Of a stretch of 45,103 nucleotides of DNA, positions 7,729-17,106 are shown piece after piece (the first letter of the stretch is position 1; each line of letters starts with the position of its first letter). The position numbers were made by a program, and so were the translations under genes. Source of the DNA: a virus (taxonomy: Duplodnaviria; Caudoviricetes); IMG/VR virus record IMGVR_UViG_3300005758_000229, positions 1 through 45,103 of that record. One strand, written 5' to 3'. The notes beneath the pieces were generated by a model that did not search any database, was not told the origin of the DNA, and saw only the letters and a list, made by a program, of their open reading frames with translations.

Positions 7729-10006
7729 GGGTGTTTTTCGGTTTGGTGGTGCAAATCATGAGCTCCTCGTCGAAGCGCCAGCGGTTCCAATTAGGAGGGG
7801 TGAAGGCGCCGGACTCAAGCTCCTTGCCGGCCTCGTCGTGGGCGAATGGACCGTTTGGCAGATCGAGCCACTTCTTTTCCTTGGATCCGCGCGCCGCGCA
7901 GCTCGTGATCTGTTTCGAGAGCAGCAGCTCCTCGACGATGCGCGCAAGCTCGTTTGGTCCGGTCCTGGAGAAGATCGGCGGGAGCTCGTGCCGGCGCTTG
8001 TATAGGCCGGAGCCGGCGTTCTTGGTCGCGTTGCTGAACGGGTGGCCGGCGGTGGCGGCCTCCTGGATCGCGAGCAGCAGCCAGGCCTTGTGCTCGTTCA
8101 TGTTGCCGGACGCGTAAGGATCCTGCGCGGTGACGTTCTCCAGCAGCCCGCAAGGCGTCCGGTATAGCGTGAGCTCTCCCTCCAGGTATTCCGGGTTGTT
8201 CTGCTTGATGATGCCGGCCTTCCATAGGGCCTTCTTCTTGATGGGAAGATCCATCGCGATCAGACGCCGGTCCTGGTCCGGGCAAGCCCAGATGCCGATG
8301 CCGGCGCGGAAGCCGGAGATCAGAGCTGAGCTGCCGCGGATCGCTTCCTTCATGTCGTCCGTATTTCTGATCGGCTCGTCGCCGGCCTTGCGCACATGGT
8401 GGGACGCGACGACCGGGATGTTCATGGGGTGCGCCAGGGCGTTGACCTCCCGGATGAATTCGTTGGCTATGACGGCAGCGTTCTCGTCGCCGTGCATGAC
8501 TGAGTTGAGGGTATCGACGATAAAGAGCCGAAGATCCGGTATGGCCATGAGCGCGTCGCGCGTCTCCTTCCAGCGCCTGGATGCCCTGGGCTCCCTGGTG
8601 TGGGGATCATAATCGACCAGGGGGAAGGCGCCGCCGGCCTGGGACAGCGGGACCACGATCAGCTTCTTGCCGGCGACCGCGCGTAGGTTGTCCTTGTCGA
8701 TCTCGCCGAACCGGATCTTGAGCTCGTTCACGTCGTCCTCGGTCGTGAAGTAGACGACGGTTCCACCGTCCTTCACCTCATGGCCTAGCCAGGTGAGGCC
8801 GGATCCTGGCGTCCAGGCTGACACCTTGAGCGCCAGGTCCAGGAGGAGGTAGCTCTTGCCGGCGCCGCCCTCGGCCACGAGCATCTGCAGCAGGGAATTA
8901 AAGATCAGCTTGTCCACCAGGAACTCACGGGTGCCGGTGGATCCGAAGGGCGCCCACTTGTTGACCTCCCAATCAGATAGGACCAGCCCGGTCGGCTTGG
9001 CCTCCTTTGCCGGCAGGATCGGCCCGTTGGTAGCCGTGTCCTTGTTCAGCAGCCCGGTGAACTCCGCGCGGATCTTCTCGGCCGGCCAGGGCGGGATCAT
9101 CTGGGTAAGGACCCAGCCCTCCGTCAGCTCCAGGGCCTTCTCCAGGCTGATCTCGCCGCGCCTGGCGCACCGGATGTAATGGCCGGCCACCTTGTTGAAT
9201 TGCCCCCACCGGTTCTTGTCCAGGCCTCCCTCGTGGATCTTCTCGCTGAGCACCAGGGGCTCTTTAGGCGCCTGGTTGGCCTGGGAGGGTATGTCCAGGG
9301 CTGCCGGCGCCGCGCCGAAGGCGTAGGGCGCCCGCAGGACGGCTGCCTTAAGGGTGCCCAGGTCATGGATAGTCTCGGTCAAGCTGAGGGTGACCGGCTT
9401 GGGCTTGCCGTTCTTGTTATGGATCGAGCCGGCGATGCGGACGGGCTGGTGCGCCCGGCCGAAAGGGTTGGAGTCAACGCCCAGGCCGAACTGAAGATCC
9501 CCGCCGGCGCGCAGCGCGAGCTCATGGCGCAGCTTGACGACCTCGGCCACGTCCTCGGTGGGCTCAGCCAGGGTCCACCAGAGGTGGCGCTTGAGCTGGC
9601 CGTCGATCTCGCCGCCGGAGTGGACGACGGCGGTCGGCTCGCCGATCGCATGCCACAGGTATTCGACCTTCTTGTCGATCTCACCGGAGTCCAGGTCTAC
9701 GACGATGGACCGGAAGCTGCGCACGTTCTTGGACGTGCCCTTAGGATCGGACAGGATCGCCGGCACGATGAAGCAGCCGATGCCGTTGCTGGACCAGCGC
9801 TCGACGTTGCGCGTGACCTCGTCGATCAGCGCCTGGGGCTGCTGCCCCAGGGACAGGTCGATGAACTTGTCCTCGCGAAACACGCCCTCCTTATCGGTCC
9901 CCTTCTCGCCGATGCCCCGGACGTTGACCCAGCCATCGTTCGGGATGATCCCGAAGATGACGTGGAGGTGGTTGGTAATGTCGGTTTGGTTGGCCTGGGG
10001 TATCAT
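7721..10006 (-). CDS. Primase-helicase (RepB/AEP-like primase + AAA_25 RecA-fold helicase)
   Basis: N-terminal VVDLD, VHSGG...HLWW and QPVRIAGSIHNK primase motifs. Walker A AEGGAGKS, Walker B LFIVDTL, SHHVRK and IRGSSAL. Confidence 0.88.
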   Translation of the reverse strand: MIPQANQTDITNHLHVIFGIIPNDGWVNVRGIGEKGTDKEGVFREDKFIDLSLGQQPQALIDEVTRNVERWSSNGIGCFIVPAILSDPKGTSKNVRSFRSIVVDLDSGEIDKKVEYLWHAIGEPTAVVHSGGEIDGQLKRHLWWTLAEPTEDVAEVVKLRHELALRAGGDLQFGLGVDSNPFGRAHQPVRIAGSIHNKNGKPKPVTLSLTETIHDLGTLKAAVLRAPYAFGAAPAALDIPSQANQAPKEPLVLSEKIHEGGLDKNRWGQFNKVAGHYIRCARRGEISLEKALELTEGWVLTQMIPPWPAEKIRAEFTGLLNKDTATNGPILPAKEAKPTGLVLSDWEVNKWAPFGSTGTREFLVDKLIFNSLLQMLVAEGGAGKSYLLLDLALKVSAWTPGSGLTWLGHEVKDGGTVVYFTTEDDVNELKIRFGEIDKDNLRAVAGKKLIVVPLSQAGGAFPLVDYDPHTREPRASRRWKETRDALMAIPDLRLFIVDTLNSVMHGDENAAVIANEFIREVNALAHPMNIPVVASHHVRKAGDEPIRNTDDMKEAIRGSSALISGFRAGIGIWACPDQDRRLIAMDLPIKKKALWKAGIIKQNNPEYLEGELTLYRTPCGLLENVTAQDPYASGNMNEHKAWLLLAIQEAATAGHPFSNATKNAGSGLYKRRHELPPIFSRTGPNELARIVEELLLSKQITSCAARGSKEKKWLDLPNGPFAHDEAGKELESGAFTPPNWNRWRFDEELMICTTKPKNTHE

Positions 10007-10377
10007 GGGATCAGTTTGTTCCTGCGGCTGGGGATCCGGAGCTCGTTGTCTTTGATGAACCTGGAGATGTTCCAGACGCCGACGTTCAGCTCTGCTGCCA
10101 TCTGGCTCTGGCTCTTGCCGGCCGCTTGAGCCTTCTTGATGTGCTCAAGCCACCGGCTCTTGTCGAGCGCGTAGCCGTTGCGCTTATACCGGCGCTTCCA
10201 GCCGATGCCCAGGATCTTGATCCAATTACGGAGGGACGAGGTTGACCAGCCAAGCCACTTGGCCGCCTGGGGGATCGTTCGCTCGCCGTCGTTAGCCCGG
10301 TGGATCAGCGGCCGGAGCGCCTTGAGACGCTCCATCCGGTAGTAGGCCATGTAGACTCCCTTGAACTTGATCTTCAT
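10003..10377 (-). CDS. Tandem-HTH DNA-binding protein
   Basis: TIPQAAKWLGWSTSSLRNWI and KSQSQMAAELNVGVWNISRFI are two HTH motifs. Confidence 0.75.
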   Translation of the reverse strand: MKIKFKGVYMAYYRMERLKALRPLIHRANDGERTIPQAAKWLGWSTSSLRNWIKILGIGWKRRYKRNGYALDKSRWLEHIKKAQAAGKSQSQMAAELNVGVWNISRFIKDNELRIPSRRNKLIP

Positions 10378-10892
10378 TCCTGTGGACTCCCTTGAACATC
10401 CTTGGCGGCGTTCCAGATTTCAATGCTTGGACAAGTCCCGAACTCGTGAGCGAGGTGGTCAGCCAAGTAATCCCCTGCCTTGCGGAGACGCTCGACCTCG
10501 GCCTTGAGACGGGCGATCTCAGCAGATTGTTCGCCAAGATGGCCAACGTCATGGACGGCTTGGTAACGGAGACGTTTTATTTCGTCTTTTAGATCTCCGT
10601 TAACGGCCAGGTGCTGGTCGATGATGCTGTTGTATTGCTCGACGGACTTGGCATGCCGATCAACCAGGGCCTGGTGGTCCTTATGGGCCGCCTCCAGGAA
10701 GGCCTGGCGCAGATTAGGATCATCCAGGACGTTGTTGCGCAGCTGCGTGTTCTCGGCCGACATGACCTTGATCTTATCCCTGTAGGACCGGTTGTCTGCT
10801 TCCAGGTCAACCAGCTTGTCGATCAGCTCGCGGATCCAGGCACGATCGCGTTCGCCCCTGGACGGGTGCGGGTTGGTATAATCAGCGTCCAT
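10374..10892 (-). CDS. Hypothetical coiled-coil protein
   Basis: Start ATG 10892 overlaps the upstream stop. EIARLKAEVERLR heptads. Confidence 0.7.
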   Translation of the reverse strand: MDADYTNPHPSRGERDRAWIRELIDKLVDLEADNRSYRDKIKVMSAENTQLRNNVLDDPNLRQAFLEAAHKDHQALVDRHAKSVEQYNSIIDQHLAVNGDLKDEIKRLRYQAVHDVGHLGEQSAEIARLKAEVERLRKAGDYLADHLAHEFGTCPSIEIWNAAKDVQGSPQE

Positions 10893-11194
10893 TATAGTAG
10901 CCGGATAAAGATGGGCGTCCTGGAGCCGACGTAGGCGCCGGTCACGTTGAAAGACATGTGCTCGATCGCGTCCTCCTCGGACATGTCCTTGCGCAGGAGC
11001 TCGACGCACTTGTCCCAATCGTAGACGACGACCGGGTCGCAAGCCTCGGTGATGCCGATGATCGCCGCGTCGAACCCGTCGGCCACGAGCATGTCGCCGT
11101 CGCCCAGGTTGTCCGCGAAGTCGTCTACCAGCTTGCGCATGGCCTTGCCATGGGCGACGTCCGGATCGACGGGTTTTACTTTTTTCTTAGCCAT
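10892..11194 (-). CDS. Conserved phage protein of unknown function
   Basis: ADGFDAAIIG...VVVYD..KC...MSEEDAIEH..FNV.GAYVG..TPIF, a family I recall from aquatic phages. Start ATG 11194. Confidence 0.8.
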   Translation of the reverse strand: MAKKKVKPVDPDVAHGKAMRKLVDDFADNLGDGDMLVADGFDAAIIGITEACDPVVVYDWDKCVELLRKDMSEEDAIEHMSFNVTGAYVGSRTPIFIRLL

Positions 11195-11961
11195 GATGGT
11201 ATCGGGTGGTTGGTAGGGGAAGGGGTTGCCGGCGCGGACCAGCACGTTTTCTGGTAGTCGCAGAACTTGCAGCGGAAGTCAGCCTGGTCGCCGGTGCACC
11301 TGGGCAGCTCGTCCGGCGCCTGGGTCTGCACGATCCGGACGGCCTTGTCGCTCAGCTGCTGCGCGACCAGGGGATCGAACGGCAGGATCTCCGCGTAGAC
11401 GGCGCCGGTGTTCCGGTTCTTGGTCGTGAACAGCGCGCCGTTGGGCAGCTCCATGTAGGCCATGTAGGTCTGGGTCTGGGCGTAGTAGACCGGCTTGGAT
11501 TTCTTGACGCCGGTGCGCGCGGTTTCCGTCCAGCTCTTGTCGTTGAGCTCCTTGTTCTCCCAAAGCACCGGGTAGACCAGGCCTGGGATCTCCGGGCCGC
11601 CCATGATCACGCCGTCGATATGACCCTTTAGCTTTCCATCGGCTGCGCTGAACCCGAATTGGCTGCCGTCCTCCTTGTGGGTGATCAGATTGAAGCCGGC
11701 CAGGCGTAGGTATTCCGCGGTCCGGTCCTCGCCGTCGTGGCCCATGTCGAAGATCCGGAGAGTCTCCGGCTTGAAGCCGCGGCCCTCGTCGATCGGGGTG
11801 TTGTGGAAGATGTAGCCCAGCTTGCGCTCGCAGGGATCGCCCCACATGGAGGCGCCCAGGTAGGGACGCCTGGTCTGCTGGGATCGTTTGGTTAGCATGG
11901 CCTGGTCCAGGGCTGCCATGACGGCGAGCGCTGCCGGGTCGGTTGGTTGGTCGTTGAACAT
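11176..11961 (-). CDS. Cas4-like PD-(D/E)XK exonuclease
   Basis: YLGASMWGDPCER, GHIDG, LWENK, YYAQTQTYM and the C-terminal CKFCDYQKTC Fe-S motif. Confidence 0.88.
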   Translation of the reverse strand: MFNDQPTDPAALAVMAALDQAMLTKRSQQTRRPYLGASMWGDPCERKLGYIFHNTPIDEGRGFKPETLRIFDMGHDGEDRTAEYLRLAGFNLITHKEDGSQFGFSAADGKLKGHIDGVIMGGPEIPGLVYPVLWENKELNDKSWTETARTGVKKSKPVYYAQTQTYMAYMELPNGALFTTKNRNTGAVYAEILPFDPLVAQQLSDKAVRIVQTQAPDELPRCTGDQADFRCKFCDYQKTCWSAPATPSPTNHPIPSWLRKK

Positions 11962-11962
11962 G

Positions 11963-13624
11963 TTAGCGGAGAAGGATGCGCTTTATGTCGCGCTCGTTGA
12001 ACTTCCAGGTGATGAGGCAGGAAGCCAGATACTTGGTCATGCCGAACTGCATGCCGGTCAGATCCAGGAGCTTCAGCTGCTTGTCGGTCGCCGGCTCGGA
12101 CAGCCAGCGCTTGGTCTTACGGCTGGCGTCCTTGTCGCCGGTCTGGCGTAGGAAGTCGTCCGCGGAAGCCAGGGCGGTGACCTTGTCCTCGGTCGCGTAG
12201 ATCAGCTTGGCGTTGGATCCGTCGGCCCGGCCGACGACGAACCACTTGTCGTTCATGTTGACCAGGCATGCCCAGGCGGTCAGCCCGTTGGCCATGACGA
12301 CGACGCCGTCGAACAGATCCTGCCACCGGTAGGGTGACATGTCCATGAGATGGACCTCGGTCATGGTAAAGCTGGACAGGGGCGCCCGGCCAAGCTTGTC
12401 CACCTCGACGTCCGGATCGTCCTCGTCCTTATCTGGGTCGCCTGGCAGGGGGTATTCGTATCCGCAGACAGGGCACTCCAGGGCGCCGGCCGGGAGCTTG
12501 GTCTTGCACTCCGGGCACTTCTTATGCCCGGCTTCCGGCCGGAGGCATACGTCGGTGTCGATCGAACCGTGCGCCAGGATCGAATAGCCGAAGTCCAGGA
12601 CTATGCAGTCGCTCTTGATTACGCCAGGGTATCGGTCCGGGTCCACCTTGCGCAGCCCGCGCCCGATCATCTGGATCATCGTGCTCTTGTAGCTGCACGG
12701 CCGGAGCAGCACGACGCAGCTGACGTCCTGGCAATCCCAGCCCTCGGTCAGCACGGCGACGTTGACCAGGACCTGGAGCTCGCCCTTGTCGAAGGCGCGC
12801 AGCACCCGGCGCCGTTCGCCGTCCGGCATTTCGCCATGGATCATGTCGGCCTTGAAGCCGGCGAGCTTGAAGTATTCGGAGACGTGGCCGGCATGGGCCA
12901 CGGTGGAACAGAATATGACGGTCTTGCGGTCGCCGGCGCGGGTCCTCCACTCCTCCAGGACGCGGTCGGTCACGACCTGTTTGTCCATGATCTCGGCTAC
13001 CTCGTTCATGTCGAAGTCATTGGTCGTCACCTTGACCTTGGCCAGGTCCTCGCGGATGTTGCAGTCGATCACGAAGAACCGGGGCTTCACCAGGAAGCCG
13101 GAGCTGATCAGCTCGGACAGGGAGATTATGTCGGCGACGTTGCTGAAGGTTTCCGACAGGCCGCGCTTGTCGCCGCGCTGCGGGGTGGCCGTGACGCCGA
13201 ACACCTTGAGCGCCGGGTTGACGTTCCGGGCAGCCTGGATCACGGACTTGTAGCTGTTGGCTGCCACATGGTGGGCCTCGTCTATGACCAGGAGATCCAG
13301 GTGCGGGACGGTAGCCAGGTTGTCCGGCCGGCTTAGGGTCTGGACCATGCCGAAGGTGACGCCGTCGGACCAGCGCTTCCGGTCCGCGGTATACAGGTCG
13401 GTCGTGATGCCTGGGGCGACGGCCTTGAACGTCGCCCGGTTCTGGGCGACCAGCTCGTCGCGGTGCTGCAGCACCAGGGTGCGGCCGCCGACCTCGCGCG
13501 CTACGGCGCTGAGCATGACGGTCTTGCCGGCCCCGGTCGGCGCCACGCCTAGCGTGTTGCCGTCCTTGTCCAGGGCGTCGATGCAGCGCTTCACGAAGTC
13601 GCGCTGGCGGGGTCTGAGTTGCAT
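11963..13624 (-). CDS. SF2 DEAD/DEAH-box helicase with zinc ribbon
   Basis: QLRPRQ Q-motif, APTGAGKT, IDEAHH, TATP, VLTEGWD, QMIGRGLR, CPEC..CPVC. True start is ATG 13624. Confidence 0.93.
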   Translation of the reverse strand: MQLRPRQRDFVKRCIDALDKDGNTLGVAPTGAGKTVMLSAVAREVGGRTLVLQHRDELVAQNRATFKAVAPGITTDLYTADRKRWSDGVTFGMVQTLSRPDNLATVPHLDLLVIDEAHHVAANSYKSVIQAARNVNPALKVFGVTATPQRGDKRGLSETFSNVADIISLSELISSGFLVKPRFFVIDCNIREDLAKVKVTTNDFDMNEVAEIMDKQVVTDRVLEEWRTRAGDRKTVIFCSTVAHAGHVSEYFKLAGFKADMIHGEMPDGERRRVLRAFDKGELQVLVNVAVLTEGWDCQDVSCVVLLRPCSYKSTMIQMIGRGLRKVDPDRYPGVIKSDCIVLDFGYSILAHGSIDTDVCLRPEAGHKKCPECKTKLPAGALECPVCGYEYPLPGDPDKDEDDPDVEVDKLGRAPLSSFTMTEVHLMDMSPYRWQDLFDGVVVMANGLTAWACLVNMNDKWFVVGRADGSNAKLIYATEDKVTALASADDFLRQTGDKDASRKTKRWLSEPATDKQLKLLDLTGMQFGMTKYLASCLITWKFNERDIKRILLR

Positions 13625-13815
13625 GTCGGTAAGGGAGGTGGGGGGCGGCGGTGAGAGGTATGCCAACCAAGGATACATCACCGCTACGAGGTTACTGCCG
13701 GAATGGAACCGACGCCACGTTAAGCAGCTATCCTCTCGCCCCTTCTCAAAGATCGAACCGACCGGCGAAGCTTTGACCCTCTTTCGGAGTCAGTCAAGAT
13801 CGCCGGCCGGCCTTG
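13625..13815 (-). ncRNA. Candidate structured intergenic RNA element upstream of the helicase
   Basis: Long stem GCCGGCCGGCGA/TCGCCGGTCGGT, T-arm-like GTCGG-TTCCATT-CCGGC, and stem GCGGTGA/TCACCGC. Confidence 0.35.
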
Positions 13816-13818
13816 GGA

Positions 13819-14478
13819 TCAGAACGGGTTGTTGGTGCTGCCCTCGTTGTTCTTCTTCAGCCAGGGCGGCGTCGCGCCGGAGGCCGGCTTGGCCGTGGGC
13901 TGCTGGACCGGAGGCTGCGCAGCCGGCGCGGTGAAGGCGGTCTTGCGGACCTCCTGGACGGGCGCGCCGCCGACGAGCTTGTTCCAATTGACGGTGGAGC
14001 CGGAGGCCGGCGCCGGGGACAGGAACTCAGCGACCTCGTTCTTGTCGTCGTAGCCGTCGCCGCCCTTGGCGACCTTGATCTTGATGCCGGCGGTGAGGCC
14101 CTCGATGTGCTGCAGGATCTCGACGAACGTGGCGCCGTTGAACTTCTGGTAGCTGCGCGGGTCGTTGGTAAAGACGCCGGCGGCCTCGAAGATCCGGGTC
14201 AGCGCGACGAGGCCCATCTTGGCGCCGTCGGGCTTGCCCTCGGCGCGCTTGATCTCGTCCACGTTGGCCGGGTCCTGGGGGTTCATGATCACGGTCCAGA
14301 CCTTGCGGCGCTGGTATTCACCCTCGGTGATCGTGAGCTCCAGGTTGGCGTATTCGCCGCCCGTGCGCTTGGACTTCTTCACGCCGGTGACCTTGATCAC
14401 GGCGAAGGCGAGCGTCCCGTGGGGGATGAGCTGGTTCTGGTTGGAGGAGCCGGAGGCTCCGGAGGTTTGGTCGAACAT
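13819..14478 (-). CDS. Single-stranded DNA-binding-like protein (DUF669-type)
   Basis: LIPHGT...GEYANLELTITEGEYQRRKVW...YDDKNEV OB-like core, P/A-rich tail ending PPW...NPF. Lies directly downstream of AAA_24. Confidence 0.75.
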   Translation of the reverse strand: MFDQTSGASGSSNQNQLIPHGTLAFAVIKVTGVKKSKRTGGEYANLELTITEGEYQRRKVWTVIMNPQDPANVDEIKRAEGKPDGAKMGLVALTRIFEAAGVFTNDPRSYQKFNGATFVEILQHIEGLTAGIKIKVAKGGDGYDDKNEVAEFLSPAPASGSTVNWNKLVGGAPVQEVRKTAFTAPAAQPPVQQPTAKPASGATPPWLKKNNEGSTNNPF

Positions 14479-14498
14479 GTGGTTTTTTGGTTTGGTGT

Positions 14499-15359
14499 TT
14501 AGGACTGCTTGGTGGGCAGAGTGGTGGTGATGGTGGTGTCCAGGCGCTTGCCTTCCCGGATCTTCCGGATCAGCGCGCCCAGGTCGGGGGCTTCCAGGAG
14601 CTCAAGCCGGCCGGAGCGATCCTTGGCCGGGTAGCCCCAGGGGTTCTGCTGCTGGCAGACGAACGCGCGATACATGGTGCCGTCGTCGGCCTTCATGTTC
14701 TGGATCGTGACCACCTGGTCGAAGATGCCCGGCAGCTCACGGCCGGTCTTGCTGCCCTCGATCTGCGGGCTCCAGGTGATGCGGTTGAGATCGTCCTTCT
14801 CCTGGTCGAGGATGCCGACCACGATGATGGACATGGGGGCATGCTGGAGGTGGGTCAGCCAGCGGATCATCTCCCTGCCCAGGAGCCCGTAGGCGCCGCG
14901 GGTGTCCGGCTTGCCGGTCTTTTCGGACATGGCTTCCGGCTGCACCTGGGACCACTTGAAGCACTCGCGGGAGGCCACGGTGATGGAGTCCACGAAGATG
15001 GTCTGATACTTGGACAGGTTGATGTGCGGGCTGAACAGGGCGTGGACCTGGTCATAGGCAGCCTTGCTGTAGGCGCCGTCGCGATCGGACGGATCGTGGC
15101 CGCCGATGTAGAGGGCGAGCGCGCGGGCGATCTCCCAGGGGTGGGCGCCCAGGGCCTGGGCGGTAGCCCGGACGTCGAGGACGTCGCCGGCCCAATCTTG
15201 GATGGCCAGGGTGCCGGCCTCCAGGTCCACGAACAGCGTGGTCTTGGGGTCCAGGGTGCGAGCCTGGGTGGTCTTGCCGGCGCCGGACGGGCCGAACAGG
15301 GCGATGTTGATCTTGGGGACGGCCTTGAGACGGTCGTCCGCTTTGATGATGCGGATCAT
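14499..15359 (-). CDS. AAA_24 / Sak4-like phage NTP-binding protein
   Basis: GPSGAGKT, DLEAG, IFVDSIT, ELPGIFDQV, AKDRSGRL. Confidence 0.88.
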   Translation of the reverse strand: MIRIIKADDRLKAVPKINIALFGPSGAGKTTQARTLDPKTTLFVDLEAGTLAIQDWAGDVLDVRATAQALGAHPWEIARALALYIGGHDPSDRDGAYSKAAYDQVHALFSPHINLSKYQTIFVDSITVASRECFKWSQVQPEAMSEKTGKPDTRGAYGLLGREMIRWLTHLQHAPMSIIVVGILDQEKDDLNRITWSPQIEGSKTGRELPGIFDQVVTIQNMKADDGTMYRAFVCQQQNPWGYPAKDRSGRLELLEAPDLGALIRKIREGKRLDTTITTTLPTKQS

Positions 15360-15383
15360 ATGTCGGTTTGGTTTGGGGGGAAA

Positions 15384-15746
15384 TCAGTTATTCCTGGAGT
15401 CCTTGGCCTTCTTGCCCTGGGCGTAAGCTTCATCCATCACGAGCTCAGCAAAGCCGGCGCCGCTGCGCGCGGAGACGATGCTATAGAGCAGGGGCATGTT
15501 GCTGCGAAGCTTGGGCCAGACGCGGATCATGACAGACCCTTCTCGGTAGAAAACCTCATCGTCTATCACCCAGAAATCCCAATCATCACCCTCAGCCGGG
15601 ACGTTCGCGGCAAGCTTGATCGGGGAGACGTGGATGATGGCGGGGTTACGCTCGCCGTCGAAGCAAGCCGGGGTTATGTGCGTATCGACTTGCGGGCACT
15701 CGGCTTTGAGTTGGTCGATGAACTGTTGGATCGTGTCGGGTTTCAT
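15384..15746 (-). CDS. Hypothetical protein
   Basis: Fits the operon, A/C-rich leader. Confidence 0.65.
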   Translation of the reverse strand: MKPDTIQQFIDQLKAECPQVDTHITPACFDGERNPAIIHVSPIKLAANVPAEGDDWDFWVIDDEVFYREGSVMIRVWPKLRSNMPLLYSIVSARSGAGFAELVMDEAYAQGKKAKDSRNN

Positions 15747-15767
15747 GTGTGTCGTGTGGGTGGGAGA

Positions 15768-16187
15768 TTAGGCGAAGGTGACCTTGGGTTCCGGGTAGGT
15801 AACCGTCCGGGCCTCGGTCAGCTGCTCGATCAGCTTCTTGTCCGTAAGCGCCTTGAAGGTTCGCTCCGGGACGGAGAACTCGATCTTGAAAATCTGGTAG
15901 ACCAGGTCGGGGTCCATGCTGCCGGCGACGTCGCGCAGCTTGAGGCTGTCCCACTTGACCTTGGGCTTGATGGAGAGGGTCAGCTTGACGCCGTCGATCT
16001 CCTGGGTGATCTCGCCGGACGTCTTGCCGGACTGAGACAGGGCCAACGTCATGTCGGCAGCGTAGCGCTCAGCCAGGATCTGTTCGTGCAGCGCGATGTT
16101 CTCCTTAAGGGAGTCCATCGTGTGGATCATGTTGTCGTAGGTGAGCTTCAGCTCAGCCGTCGTTCTCTTACGAGGGTCGGTGTTCAT
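15768..16187 (-). CDS. Conserved phage protein usually adjacent to AAA_24 genes
   Basis: PKVKWD..KL, IEFSVPERTF and EARTV..P.VTF pattern. Confidence 0.75.
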   Translation of the reverse strand: MNTDPRKRTTAELKLTYDNMIHTMDSLKENIALHEQILAERYAADMTLALSQSGKTSGEITQEIDGVKLTLSIKPKVKWDSLKLRDVAGSMDPDLVYQIFKIEFSVPERTFKALTDKKLIEQLTEARTVTYPEPKVTFA

Positions 16188-16413
16188 TGTCGGTTTGGGA
16201 GGAAATGACGTAGTCAGCTATGACCAGGGGCTTGCCCTCTTTCTTGGCTAGCGCCATCAGCACCAGGAGCTGGGACGACGGGATCGAGCTGCGCTCGGTC
16301 CACTTCTCGATCGTCTTGACTGATATGCTGTGGTTCATGGCGGTGAGCCGGCGCCAAAGCTCCGTTCGTCCACCGAAGCGGCGAATGACGGCTTTGACGT
16401 CTAGCTGATACAT
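16168..16413 (-). CDS. Cro-like HTH regulator
   Basis: VIRRFGGRTELWRRL...ISVKTIEKWTERSSIP. Start ATG 16413. First gene of the replication operon. Confidence 0.75.
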   Translation of the reverse strand: MYQLDVKAVIRRFGGRTELWRRLTAMNHSISVKTIEKWTERSSIPSSQLLVLMALAKKEGKPLVIADYVISSQTDNEHRPS

Positions 16414-16423
16414 TGGTTGGTAG

Positions 16424-16455
16424 GGACACCGTGCCCCGTGTCCTGGCTCGCGCAA
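16424..16455 (-). promoter_or_regulatory. Promoter/operator of the replication operon
   Basis: TTGCGC-N16-CACGGT with the inverted repeat GGACAC-N8-GTGTCC overlapping the -10. Confidence 0.55.
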
Positions 16456-16475
16456 CCCCAATTCGTAGGAGACTG

Positions 16476-16817
16476 TTACAGCTTACTGTTGGTTCTTGCA
16501 GCCCGGAGCAGCAGCCCAATCCCGACGAACGACGAACCGACGGCCATGGCCAGGGCTATGTCCCTGGTCGTCTTGAGCGCAAGGGTCGCGCTGCTCAGCT
16601 GGCGCTCCGTGTTCTTGTCGTCGAACACCAGGCCGGAGTCCGTGATCAGCCCGACCATGGCCGTGCTCGACGAGAACGCGTCCAGGGTAGCCTGGATCAG
16701 ATAGGCGGTGGCAGCGGCGCAAAGGATCGACACGATCGACGTCACGCCGATCGCGATCAACAGGTTGTCGTCAACGCTTGCGCTTCGCTGCGCTGACTTG
16801 GGCTTGGCCTTTCGCAC
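16476..16817 (-). CDS. Two-TM membrane protein of the lysis cluster
   Basis: Hydrophobic LLIAIGVTSIVSILCAAATAYLI and IALAMAVGSSFVGIGLLL. Start uncertain (GTG 16817 assumed). Confidence 0.65.
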   Translation of the reverse strand: MRKAKPKSAQRSASVDDNLLIAIGVTSIVSILCAAATAYLIQATLDAFSSSTAMVGLITDSGLVFDDKNTERQLSSATLALKTTRDIALAMAVGSSFVGIGLLLRAARTNSKL

Positions 16818-17106
16818 GGATGTATTGGAGAACGTAGTCGCAGACCTCCGGCGCAGCATAAGAGAGCGCGCCGACGGCTGCGAACTGAAGCGATATGCTG
16901 TGGATGTATTCCCGAACTACCATCGACGCGAAGAACCCGACGATGCAAGCGACCATGATCCGGCGCGCGACGTAGCCCAGGCTCTGTTTTTCCGTGCTGA
17001 GCAAAAGCCTGGCCGTCATGGCGCCGGCTCCCAGGGCCGAAGCCTTGGCTCCGTCGGCCAGGACTTGGTTGACCTCGTCCGGGTTAGGCTGGGGTATGGG
17101 GCTCAT
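16771..17106 (-). CDS. Putative holin
   Basis: 111 aa, about three hydrophobic segments, basic C-terminus, located in a membrane-protein cluster. Confidence 0.65.
   Translation of the reverse strand: MSPIPQPNPDEVNQVLADGAKASALGAGAMTARLLLSTEKQSLGYVARRIMVACIVGFFASMVVREYIHSISLQFAAVGALSYAAPEVCDYVLQYIRAKGQAQVSAAKRKR

Noticed and set aside
11176-11961. CRISPR-associated cas4
   Set aside because: It is a stand-alone Cas4-like nuclease in a standard phage replication module, with no other cas genes or array.
13690-13770. tRNA gene (T-arm-like hairpin, GGTTCGA)
   Set aside because: I could not build acceptor, D and anticodon arms. tRNAscan-SE/ARAGORN would settle it.
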